64,000 nucleotides of DNA from an uncultured Candidatus Saccharibacteria bacterium (GTDB lineage: Bacteria; Patescibacteriota; CPR2; UBA1875; CAIMLA01), in NCBI GenBank assembly GCA_964501135.1, contig CAZCRI010000005.1, positions 14,771-78,770 of the forward strand. Direction: 5' to 3'. The notes under the pieces are model-generated. The model did no database searches and was not told where the DNA came from. It worked only from the letters and a program-made list of their open reading frames with translations. Made by a program: the position numbers and the translations under genes. Shown here one piece after another: positions 1-7,419 of the stretch; position 1 is the first letter of the stretch; every line of letters starts with the position of its first letter.

Positions 1-1
1 A

Positions 2-1171
2 AAAATCGATGAGGGCGAGCGTCTCTTTGAACAACTGGTCCTAGGGCGTCCCTACGAAGATGCGCCTTTTATTACCGCTCGAATCTGTGGCGTCTGCCCT
101 ACCGCTCACGTGCTGGTGGCAATCCAAGCAATCGAGGACGCCTTTGGGGTCACCGTAAACGAGAGGATTATGAGCTTGCGTCGCGCCTTACAAGCAGGGC
201 AGATTATTCAATCTCACGCTCTTCACCTCTTTTTTCTTGCTGCTCCCGACTACCTGGATGTCGTAAATGCCATCGAGCTTCATCACACTAGACCCGAGCT
301 TTACCGCACCGCCGTGGCAATGAAGAAATTGGGCGACAAACTGGTAGAGGTTATTGGAGGTCGAGCAATTCACCCGGTAGCCCCAGCGGTGGGTGGATTT
401 CTAAGCGTCCCCGGAAACGAAGTACTAAAGGAGCTGGTGACTGAGCTAAGAGCCGCTATTCCTATGGCGCTAGAGACGGTAGAACTCTTTGCCTCCTTTG
501 ACTACCCGGCGCTAAAGCGTAAGACCGAGTACCTTGCTACTCAGAAAGATGGCAAACTCACTTACCTCGACGGGGACAGCATCGTCTCAAACTCCAAGTT
601 CAAGGCAACAATTGAGAACTATGGCTATGCATTTACAGAAGAAGTGCGTAAAGACTCCAACACAAAGTATGGTACTCGAGACGGTCACGGCTTTATGGTT
701 GGAGCCCTCGCCCGTCTTTCGCTGGACCAGGAGAACCTCAATCCAAAAGCACTCTACGCCCTACGCAGTATTTGGGGCCAGAAATTACCTTCGTACAATA
801 GTTTCCATAACAATGTTGCTCAAGCAATTGAGATCGTACACCTTATCGAGGAAGCTATAATCCAGCTCGAATCAGCAATCGCAAACTCCAAGGAGCTTGC
901 CCGGGTACCATTTACTGTTCGTGAAGGTGCTGGAGTTGGGGCCATAGAAGCGCCTCGCGGCACCCTGTACCACTCGGTAAAAACGGATAAAAACGGAATT
1001 ATCACAGATTACGACATCGTTACACCTACCGTTCAGAGTCTCGTAAACCTCGAGGAAGATGCCGACGAAATGATGAAGAAATACGGCAAACTACCAGAAA
1101 AAGAACTATATCGACAAATCGAAATGCTAATCCGCGCCTACGACCCCTGCATCACCTGTTCGGTACATTAA
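2..1171 (+). CDS. [NiFe]-hydrogenase large (catalytic) subunit, 5'-truncated at window edge; probably a cytoplasmic group 3 enzyme
   Basis: Frame continuous from nt 2: KIDEGERLFEQLVLGRPYEDAPFITARICGVCPTAH (N-terminal RxCGxCxxxH Ni-ligand motif). ORF ends ...AYDPCITCSVH (C-terminal DPCxxCxxH motif). No start codon before window edge. Confidence 0.85.
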   Translation, partial: KIDEGERLFEQLVLGRPYEDAPFITARICGVCPTAHVLVAIQAIEDAFGVTVNERIMSLRRALQAGQIIQSHALHLFFLAAPDYLDVVNAIELHHTRPELYRTAVAMKKLGDKLVEVIGGRAIHPVAPAVGGFLSVPGNEVLKELVTELRAAIPMALETVELFASFDYPALKRKTEYLATQKDGKLTYLDGDSIVSNSKFKATIENYGYAFTEEVRKDSNTKYGTRDGHGFMVGALARLSLDQENLNPKALYALRSIWGQKLPSYNSFHNNVAQAIEIVHLIEEAIIQLESAIANSKELARVPFTVREGAGVGAIEAPRGTLYHSVKTDKNGIITDYDIVTPTVQSLVNLEEDADEMMKKYGKLPEKELYRQIEMLIRAYDPCITCSVH

Positions 1172-1183
1172 ACTAATTCAAAA

Positions 1184-1214
1184 GACCCTCCTACTGGAGG
1201 GTCTACTATTTTTG
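1184..1214. terminator. Rho-independent terminator (bidirectional hairpin) after hydrogenase large subunit
   Basis: gaccctcc-tact-ggagggtc perfect 8-bp GC-rich hairpin followed by tactatttttgtg. Confidence 0.7.
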
Positions 1215-1232
1215 TGCGGGCTGGCTCCCCAG

Positions 1233-1442
1233 TTAATGGAGAGCCAGCTCGTGATAAGCGCCGTGAAGCAGCCCGTAGAGGGTAATGACCAAGGATATGA
1301 CCAAAACCGACATTGGGGCCAGCATCAGCAAGCGCTGATACCACGTTTTGTGTGCTTGGCAATAATCCCAGACACACATCCCCAGGGCGAGTAGCCCTGA
1401 GAGGACGATGGCGGACATGCACAACTCAAGCGCTGTAGGCAT
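1233..1442 (-). CDS. small hypothetical 2-TM membrane protein (~69 aa from internal Met MPTALELCMSAIVLSGLLALGMCVW...)
   Basis: ORF 1233..1511(-); two hydrophobic helices; AAGGG Shine-Dalgarno-like 7 nt upstream of the internal ATG; ends at the shared terminator hairpin. Confidence 0.3.
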   Translation of the reverse strand: MPTALELCMSAIVLSGLLALGMCVWDYCQAHKTWYQRLLMLAPMSVLVISLVITLYGLLHGAYHELALH

Positions 1443-2058
1443 TGTCTTACCCTTCACTAGAATGAATTGGGGACTTGAGCTAGTACTTCTTCTTGGTTTT
1501 GTAAGCCGCAAAGAAGACCGACGCCCAACCGAGGGCGAAAAGCACCTTATCCATTTCTACACCTCCTGGTATCTAGTGAGCTTGACGTGATGTCGTCTGT
1601 GGTGCGTCATCACTGGTTTCCCAACTTTGACACAAAAGGGGTGCGCTCGGATAGCTGGAGTACAAAACTCCTTGGCTTATCCCCCATGGCTAGCCCTTGC
1701 TGGACTAGGAGCGCGTTTGCCTCACGTCAGAGGTATGGTCGATATAAGAGACCTTGGGGCCAATACATCTACGGTTAGGCCGCTAATCCGACAGTTTTCA
1801 GCCTTGACCCGTAGGCCCTGGGCGCGTTACCACTGTCAAACGCTCCGGAGTAAGGGCTCCGGTGGACCCTGTACGCCCAAGCGCACTGACCCGACAAATG
1901 TCGGGCAATGGACGTCATCACTGGTATTTCCAGATTTGACGCATAATACCCTTTCGTCCTACACATGGACTCATCAGCGCAGCAAGGTAGCTGCGGAGGG
2001 GCGAGACAATCCCCCTGGAACTGTCCCGCAAAAAAGCGCGGGTTGAGAGCGGAGCTGC

Positions 2059-2276
2059 TCAGTAGCAGATAAGCTCATCAATTTGGTCGTAATCGTTTCG
2101 GTGTGACCCTACTTCGATTCCATCCGCCTTGAGAACCCTCTCCAACTCTCCCGTGGGACCATAGTCCACGGCGCGAACCTTGATCGCGTGGCGACCCGTT
2201 TGGAAACGGATCTCTGCGAGGAGGGCTTCTGCCGCGAGCGCTTTTAGGATGCGCTCCACCCGGAGTAGATGCTCCA
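2059..2276 (-). CDS. hypothetical 72-aa protein (MEHLLRVERILKALAAEALL...), second gene of a 2-gene GC-rich cassette
   Basis: ATG 6 nt downstream of the stop of the 148-aa ORF (tightly coupled); no recognisable motifs. Confidence 0.4.
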
Positions 2277-2282
2277 TGACTA

Positions 2283-2729
2283 TCACCCCCTTCCCGAGGT
2301 AATATAACGGGCAATGAATACCTGGCGAAAATCTTCTTCTCCTTCGCGCGCATCCTTCCCGAGATTTGCGGCAACGAAGTGCGAATTGCGCGGATACCGG
2401 CCAAGAGCTTCGTCGATATACGAGTCCCATCTCTGCAGTACCACACGGCGCCCACCACGTGCAGAAGTAAAGCTGGCGTTGACTTGGAAGACAGATCCGT
2501 CTTCGTAGATTACTTCTCCACGAATCTTGATCGGCGCGATGAGAGTCGCCTCCATCGCCTTAACGACAGCATCGGCTTCGGATGAAGTCAGATGCTCTGT
2601 CATCACGAAAATCTCGCGTGAGCCCGGATCGCCATCACCCACCAGTCCCTCCGGGTCAATGACTCCTTCGGAGCCCAAAATACCGATGAACTGATGCGCA
2701 AACTTGCTAACCAGATACCTCTGATGCAT
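2283..2729 (-). CDS. hypothetical 148-aa protein (MHQRYLVSKFAHQFIGILGSEG...), first gene of a 2-gene cassette
   Basis: Clean ORF in ~55% GC DNA, preceded by AT-rich promoter region 2730-2950; no family recognised. Confidence 0.45.
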   Translation of the reverse strand: MHQRYLVSKFAHQFIGILGSEGVIDPEGLVGDGDPGSREIFVMTEHLTSSEADAVVKAMEATLIAPIKIRGEVIYEDGSVFQVNASFTSARGGRRVVLQRWDSYIDEALGRYPRNSHFVAANLGKDAREGEEDFRQVFIARYITSGRG

Positions 2730-2871
2730 GATAGCCTCCTAGGCTAGGTTGGTTGTAATGTACCTCGACTCAGTATTTCTGTTTCCCAAGTCGACTGTGT
2801 ATTGTAAACTCTTACCTTACCTTTGTCAATATAATCCTTGCTTTATTTCCATACTTGGTTTATACTATACT

Positions 2872-2916
2872 TTGTAAATCTATTCTGGTTTGTAAATCTT
2901 AATTTTACAATTTAAC
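2872..2916. promoter_or_regulatory. Candidate operator in divergent promoter region: direct repeat TTTGTAAATCT (x2) and inverted repeat TTGTAAA-N7-TTTACAA
   Basis: ctttgtaaatctattctggtttgtaaatcttaattttacaa lies between the divergently transcribed 148-aa gene and the TrmB-family regulator. Confidence 0.35.
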
Positions 2917-2955
2917 AGATGTGTATAACAACTTCTAACCCCATCGGGAGACTCT

Positions 2956-3699
2956 ATGAAACAAAATTTATTAGAAAAATTGGGCCTAAATGAGAATGAG
3001 GCCATTGTTTACAATCTTCTCCTTTCAGAGGGACCGAAGACACCTCCTGAGGTTGCCACAGCGACCGGCATCACTCGGGCAAACTCCTATTTTGTCTTGC
3101 AATCTCTCATGGGAATGAAGCTAGTAGAGCGCAAGGAGCGCAAAAAGAAATTTCTTTATTCTCCCCTTGACCCACATACTCTTGGGGATATTATCGGAAA
3201 AGAGAAAAGGGAAATCTCAGAAAAAGAGCAAGTACTTCAAGCTGTATTGCCAGAGCTCTCCAGTCTTTTCAATCTGCAAAGTAATAAGCCGAGCGTTTCC
3301 TATTTCGAAGGGATTGCTGGAGTAAAAACCCTATATAACGACTCCCTTCTCCAGAAACCTGGAGAAGTCCTGGTGTTTCGTTCCCCACTAGACGATGACT
3401 ATCTCACAAAGGAATTTGCGGAAAAACAATCTCTAAAGATGAAATCTCTAGGCATTAAACTTCGTATGATTAGTCCGGAGACAAAACCCGGAGTCTTCAC
3501 CACCGTTAATGGCGAGGAAATGCTGCGTGAGATACGTTACATCAAAAAGCACTTATTTGAGTCTGAGATATCGATTTACAATAACCGTGTAGCGATCGTA
3601 ACTTACGGTAAAACGAAGGTAAGTATGCTCGTAGAGAACAAGGAGCTGACAAATACTCTACGTAGTATCTTTGAGCTGCTTTGGTCTACACTAAAATAA
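2956..3699 (+). CDS. TrmB-family transcriptional regulator (N-terminal winged HTH, C-terminal sensor domain)
   Basis: N-terminus LGLNENEAIVYNLLLSEGPKTPPEVATATGITRANSYFVLQSLMGMKLVER matches the TrmB/archaeal-type sugar-regulator wHTH; 247 aa. Confidence 0.7.
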   Translation: MKQNLLEKLGLNENEAIVYNLLLSEGPKTPPEVATATGITRANSYFVLQSLMGMKLVERKERKKKFLYSPLDPHTLGDIIGKEKREISEKEQVLQAVLPELSSLFNLQSNKPSVSYFEGIAGVKTLYNDSLLQKPGEVLVFRSPLDDDYLTKEFAEKQSLKMKSLGIKLRMISPETKPGVFTTVNGEEMLREIRYIKKHLFESEISIYNNRVAIVTYGKTKVSMLVENKELTNTLRSIFELLWSTLK

Positions 3700-3743
3700 T
3701 TATCTAAGACGGCTAAGGCCGGCGCTCCGGATGGAGCGCCGGC

Positions 3744-4394
3744 CTACAAGCCCAGTGCCTCTTTCGCCGCCACGGTTGCTTTCTGCAACCTTGGCGTCTT
3801 GTTGTAGTCGAGTAGGGTGACTCCCACCACGTTCTCTGGAATCCCACATGCGGCTTGCGCCGCCAAGACTCGTGCTGACAGCCCCCCGTCGGGAAGCCAC
3901 ACTAGTCCCGCAAGATGCGCGTAAGGGCTTCCATTCGATGGACCGAACTGTACCAGTCCCCGAATCTCCACGTTCGCTACGCCGTTGTCGTAGTAGTAAC
4001 GACCGCCCACTACTGTCAACGGCAGCAGAGTGTGCGCAAAAGCACGAAGTTCCTCGGGTATCTCTCTGCCCACAATGGTAGGTACTGTCTGAAACTTGCG
4101 AAAGTGCTCCGCACCAGAGAAGTGCAGGATCACGCTAGCAAGGTCCACCTTGCCGGTCGTCTGCTTTGCAGTCTCTGCAATCTCCTCGATAGGACGCAGC
4201 TCACGAACCGGAAGCTCGGCCTCTTTCTCGGTAAGACATCTTCCGAATGGCCCGAGAGCGTCGACAAAGTCCTCTGATGTGTTGCACTTCAGATACTCTG
4301 CCGCCTTCACCATCACGATGTTATCGGTACCGCCGCAGGTAGGAAGCAGATGGACGAGTCCATATCTGCCACCCTTGGTTATTTCCAGGTTCAT
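3744..4394 (-). CDS. hypothetical protein immediately downstream of hypC (position where hypD is usually found, but lacks HypD CGxH/GPGCPVC/CPVC motifs)
   Basis: 216-aa ORF, 12-nt gap after hypC, ~58% GC; sequence MNLEITKGGRYGLVHLLPTCGGTDN...; no diagnostic motif. Confidence 0.45.
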   Translation of the reverse strand: MNLEITKGGRYGLVHLLPTCGGTDNIVMVKAAEYLKCNTSEDFVDALGPFGRCLTEKEAELPVRELRPIEEIAETAKQTTGKVDLASVILHFSGAEHFRKFQTVPTIVGREIPEELRAFAHTLLPLTVVGGRYYYDNGVANVEIRGLVQFGPSNGSPYAHLAGLVWLPDGGLSARVLAAQAACGIPENVVGVTLLDYNKTPRLQKATVAAKEALGL

Positions 4395-4405
4395 GCGCTC
4401 ACCTC

Positions 4406-4624
4406 CTAGTGACTACTGTTGGCCTGGGAAATCAATTGTAGTATTTCTTCTGCGTCTTTACTAGGGATTCTGCTCACCGCAAGTTCACCATGGGCAAGAA
4501 TCCAGTCCCCAACCTGGGGATTGTCTATCAGCGAAAGCTCTACTTTATACTCTTTTCCGCCGTGAACGACATATCCATAGTCACCTTCGACGCGAATCAT
4601 TTGCATTGGTGTTGCGAGACACAT
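4406..4624 (-). CDS. hypC: [NiFe]-hydrogenase maturation chaperone HypC/HupF
   Basis: 72 aa beginning MCLATPMQMIRVEG (canonical MC[LI][AG][IV]P N-terminus with essential Cys2), typical size. Confidence 0.8.
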   Translation of the reverse strand: MCLATPMQMIRVEGDYGYVVHGGKEYKVELSLIDNPQVGDWILAHGELAVSRIPSKDAEEILQLISQANSSH

Positions 4625-4679
4625 AGTTACCTACTTTCGACAGCCACTCTCTGTTGGCTTTAATATCTGAATTAAATTC

Positions 4680-5096
4680 TTAAGCTACAGCTCTGTTTTG
4701 CTGTGCTTCAATGTATTGCCTTGCCTTTTCGACATCTATCGCATAAACCAAGGTTCTCCCGTCTTCTAGAATTCGATAAACAGTCGTAGGACGTACAACG
4801 CGTAGGCCAGGCTCCCCGCCATAAACCGGCATTGCCACCTTGATTGCTGCTTCTTCTGAGACTTCTATATTCCCACCAAGATAAATCAAATTATCTCCAG
4901 CTACTAATATCGTATTTTCTGGATCCATCTCCATCAGATGTTGAACCTCTAGTACGTTTGGCTTCTCCCCTACACCGTATTCGACATGGTAGTTCTGGGC
5001 AGTCTTTTCCGAAGACATTTGCCCGCTATTGTAGCCGCGCCACTCGTTTCGTGGCTGCTGCTCCTTCTCTGGTTGTGGATTATATCCTTCTATCAT
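4680..5096 (-). CDS. hypothetical protein (138 aa)
   Basis: ORF only; no motif recognised. Confidence 0.35.
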   Translation of the reverse strand: MIEGYNPQPEKEQQPRNEWRGYNSGQMSSEKTAQNYHVEYGVGEKPNVLEVQHLMEMDPENTILVAGDNLIYLGGNIEVSEEAAIKVAMPVYGGEPGLRVVRPTTVYRILEDGRTLVYAIDVEKARQYIEAQQNRAVA

Positions 5097-5126
5097 AGTC
5101 TGATTTTACCACAAAATGAGGCGAAA

Positions 5127-5483
5127 TTAGCGAAACATCATATAGCCAACGAATACCGTACCACTCGTGATGGCACTAATAGAATTTACGATCGTTAGCG
5201 GCTTATCTTTGTAGAAAAACCCGTATACGGCCCAGCAAATAGAAACTATTGAGTACCCTGCCCAAGTGATTGGAGAAAGGCCTGCCACTGCTTTTGTCGT
5301 AAAGATGTGAAATATCTGGACACTTGTCATCACGGGACCAAATGTCCCTATAGTTGCCATCGCCCTATCAATTTTCTTTACCGAGTTCTTGTTTTGTCTA
5401 TGCTTCGCAAAATATTTGTCATGTACCGCGGTCATCAATTTTCTTAGCCTAGTCAAAACTTTTCTCCTCATTGGCACACGCAA
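5127..5483 (-). CDS. small 3-TM membrane protein, SemiSWEET/PQ-loop-like
   Basis: ~100-aa hydrophobic core with a Pro...Gln motif in the first helix (GPVMTSVQIFHIF), three predicted TM helices. Confidence 0.4.
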   Translation of the reverse strand: MRVPMRRKVLTRLRKLMTAVHDKYFAKHRQNKNSVKKIDRAMATIGTFGPVMTSVQIFHIFTTKAVAGLSPITWAGYSIVSICWAVYGFFYKDKPLTIVNSISAITSGTVFVGYMMFR

Positions 5484-5598
5484 AAATATGTGTCTGCCCA
5501 GTTATAAAATAAAGTAATTATTGCCCGACTAACCCAACAAGACTCCCGCCGAACGCTTTTCGTAAACTATTTTAGCACTACTTGCCAGCAGTTTCAAA

Positions 5599-6159
5599 TT
5601 ACAGAGAAGCTAAGGCCTTTTGTATTCCTAGATATCCAGCTTCGGCATCCTTGACACATTCCGGGAAAGTAAGGACTGCCTTTTTCTGTTCAAATTTTCT
5701 TTGTACGTAGGCGATAAACTGCTCTTTACTATAGCCACGCGAAAGCAAATCTTCATAATAGAGCCTTAGTTTGTCCCAAGTAATAAATTTGTAGCATTCA
5801 GCATTTTTCATAACCTCGGCTGCCAAAGTTTCTGCTTTCCCTGACTTATGATGATCTCGAATCGACTGCAATATCTCTGTGCTTTTATCCCTTGGGCATC
5901 CCCATTGTTCTAGATAGTTCTCAGCCATACTAGCGCTAAGTTCTGGGTGGTTTTTTTGAACTTCACCACCTACCTCTTTATCAAAGCAAATATGTGCTAG
6001 GTAAAGTGCAACCACTACTGTTTCGGCATCTACCCCGTACTTTTTGGACAATTCCCTTCCTTTTGCTACAGCTGTTTCCGTAAGCTCCCAAACCGGCGCT
6101 CCATTTTCCAATGTCTTTTGATACATCAAGACACGTGCATTTTCTATTAAATCCGTCAT
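5599..6159 (-). CDS. hypothetical protein (187 aa from MTDLIENARV...)
   Basis: ORF 5599..6219; internal Met at 6159 chosen to avoid overlap with the upstream gene. Confidence 0.35.
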   Translation of the reverse strand: MTDLIENARVLMYQKTLENGAPVWELTETAVAKGRELSKKYGVDAETVVVALYLAHICFDKEVGGEVQKNHPELSASMAENYLEQWGCPRDKSTEILQSIRDHHKSGKAETLAAEVMKNAECYKFITWDKLRLYYEDLLSRGYSKEQFIAYVQRKFEQKKAVLTFPECVKDAEAGYLGIQKALASL

Positions 6160-6160
6160 C

Positions 6161-6628
6161 TTAGTAACCCTTCGGCGGTTTAGTTTTCTTATCTGGCTTT
6201 TGAAGATCAAGGGCCGCAAGTTGCCTCATAATCTCACTTACTTCTAGCGATACGGTTTGTGGATGTAACCCCTTGGCCTCTAGAATCATATTTACCTCTA
6301 CAATAGTTTTCTCAAAATCATTCTTATTCTTCTGATTAATGTCCTTCCAGGCGATACCAGCTAGAGCCTCGGCTGTTTCGTTATGGTAAGACAAGATACC
6401 TTTGGCAAAAAGGAGGGCAATCGCTGGATACCCCAAGTAACCGGCAAAGAAAGAGGCATTGTCATTGGCATATATCTGTCTGGTTTCCGGGTTGTATGAA
6501 ATCGTGTAGTACTTGCCACGCGACGATGAATAGAGCTTCGCACTGTCTCCATCAACTTTAATTCGGTCATCGCCAATAGCCCCAAGGGCCTCGTATACCT
6601 TAATTGTTGGTGGCATCGTCCATTTCAT
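6161..6628 (-). CDS. hypothetical protein (156 aa from MKWTMPPTIKVYEALGA...)
   Basis: Six-frame ORF extends to 6790, but that part overlaps the tRNA exon and group I intron core; internal Met at 6628 chosen. Confidence 0.35.
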   Translation of the reverse strand: MKWTMPPTIKVYEALGAIGDDRIKVDGDSAKLYSSSRGKYYTISYNPETRQIYANDNASFFAGYLGYPAIALLFAKGILSYHNETAEALAGIAWKDINQKNKNDFEKTIVEVNMILEAKGLHPQTVSLEVSEIMRQLAALDLQKPDKKTKPPKGY

Positions 6629-6633
6629 AGATA

Positions 6634-6664
6634 TATTATAGCTCAAAAAATAAAAAGAGCCGCA
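6634..6664 (-). terminator. Rho-independent terminator downstream of tRNA-Ile exon 2
   Basis: Minus strand: AGAGCCGCgttGCGGCTCT hairpin followed by TTTTTATTTTTT. Confidence 0.7.
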
Positions 6665-6728
6665 ACGCGGCTCTAATTTCCAATTTGGTGGGCCTGGCTG
6701 GACTTGAACCAGCGACCAATCGGTTATG

Positions 6729-7336
6729 CGTACCACTACAGCTTTCACTGCCCCTTTCGGGTTTGTAATCTGGACTATCCCTTCTTCCACGTGGGAAGTC
6801 TGCCAACTAGTCTCTACACCTTCCCCGACGATGCTGTCGGGACTTGGCTCGGGATTGCCATGACGTTTTCACGCTTTAGGTTTCCCCGAATTTGACAGAA
6901 TATACTAATGGATCGCTCCACTAGCAGCCCTTTGACTACTTGGCCTATCTAGAGTATTATCGGATTATGAAGGACTTCATAAACTGCAAGGTCTGCGGCA
7001 AACAACTATCGGGACGCCAACTGATGTTCTGTTCTGGCAAGTGCAAGAACAAAGTACATCAGTCTTATGGTGCCCAAAAGGAACGCGCCCTAGAGAGAAA
7101 GCTTTACTTTATCCGTTTGCTCGGCGGCAAATGCCAGGAGTGCGGATATAGCGAGAACCTAGCAGCCCTTTCCTTCCACCACAAAAGCGGTAAGGAATAT
7201 AAGCTGGATTCAAGATCGCTTTCCAATAGGGGTTTGCAGACAATGAGAGATGAAGTTGCCAAATGCGAGCTGCTTTGTGGCAACTGTCACATGAGACTTC
7301 ATAACCCTTCTCTGGACTTAGCCAAATTGTCAATTG
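6729..7336 (-). mobile_element. Group I self-splicing intron (608 nt) inserted between U33 and C34 of tRNA-Ile(CAU); core P3-P9 in 6729..~6900, long P1/P2 extension 6901..7336
   Basis: Intron RNA (minus strand) shows P3 UGUCAA/UUGGCA, P4 AAAUUCGGGGAAA / AAUCCCGAGCC (P/Q elements), P6 CCCGAC..GUCGGG, P7 GAGACUA / GGAUAGUCC (R/S elements), P8 CUUCC-cacgu-GGAAG, P9 CCC-gaaa-GGG. The 5' exon ends in U and the intron ends in G (GGUACG|CAUAA). Confidence 0.8.
6940..7336 (+). CDS. HNH endonuclease domain ORF (homing-endonuclease-like) encoded antisense within the intron P1/P2 extension; reads through in frame into tilS with no stop codon
   Basis: CKVCGK...FCSGKC zinc ribbon, then GGKCQECGYSENLAALSFHHKSGKEYKLDSRSL...CELLCGNCHMRLHN (CxxC...HH...N...CxxCH HNH signature). 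The ORF continues across the antisense tRNA exon 1. Confidence 0.6.
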
Positions 7337-7419
7337 AGCCGACTGCTCTAACCACTGAGCTACAGGCCCGCGAAATTGCTACGAATAGCAAGGGAATTAT
7401 AGCAAAAAAAGCACTGTCT

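Larger units (their letters stand above)
6686..7369 (-). tRNA. tRNA-Ile(CAU) (tRNA-Ile2, TilS substrate type) split by a group I intron: exon 1 = 7369..7337 (nt 1-33), exon 2 = 6728..6686 (nt 34-76, CCA encoded)
   Basis: Exon 1 GGGCCTGTAGCTCAGTGGTTAGAGCAGTCGGCT and exon 2 CATAACCGATTGGTCGCTGGTTCAAGTCCAGCCAGGCCCACCA join into a canonical cloverleaf (7-bp acceptor, D GCTC/GAGC, AC stem GTCGG/CCGAT, loop CUCAUAA, T loop TTCAAGT). Near-identical to E. coli ileX outside the acceptor stem. TilS identity pairs C4-G69, C5-G68, C29-G41 are present. Confidence 0.85.

Noticed and set aside
188-1005. Several 60-110-aa ORFs on both strands inside the hydrogenase large-subunit gene (188..373-, 534..860+, 820..1005-)
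   Set aside because: Fully embedded in a CDS with strong motif support; alternative-frame artefacts.
1627-2046. 139-aa plus-strand ORF in the GC-rich segment
   Set aside because: Arg/Pro/Thr-rich low-complexity translation typical of a non-coding GC-rich frame; no RBS; overlapping ORFs on the other strand are equally implausible.
1590-2050. RNase P RNA / tmRNA / SRP RNA hypothesis for the ORF-free GC-rich stretch
   Set aside because: Could not find the universally conserved P4 (GGAAAGUCCGG / ACAGAAxCCGGCUUA), CR-II (GGUAAGAGCGCACC) or tRNA-like terminal elements in either orientation; only weak partial resemblances.
3744-4394. Calling the gene after hypC 'hypD'
   Set aside because: Only 216 aa and lacks the CGxH, GPGCPVC and C-terminal CPVC/Fe-S motifs that define HypD.
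6161-6790. Using the full 209-aa six-frame ORF for the gene ending at 6161
   Set aside because: Its 5' 160 nt overlap tRNA exon 2 and the conserved group I intron core (P7-P9); the internal Met at 6628 gives a non-overlapping gene.
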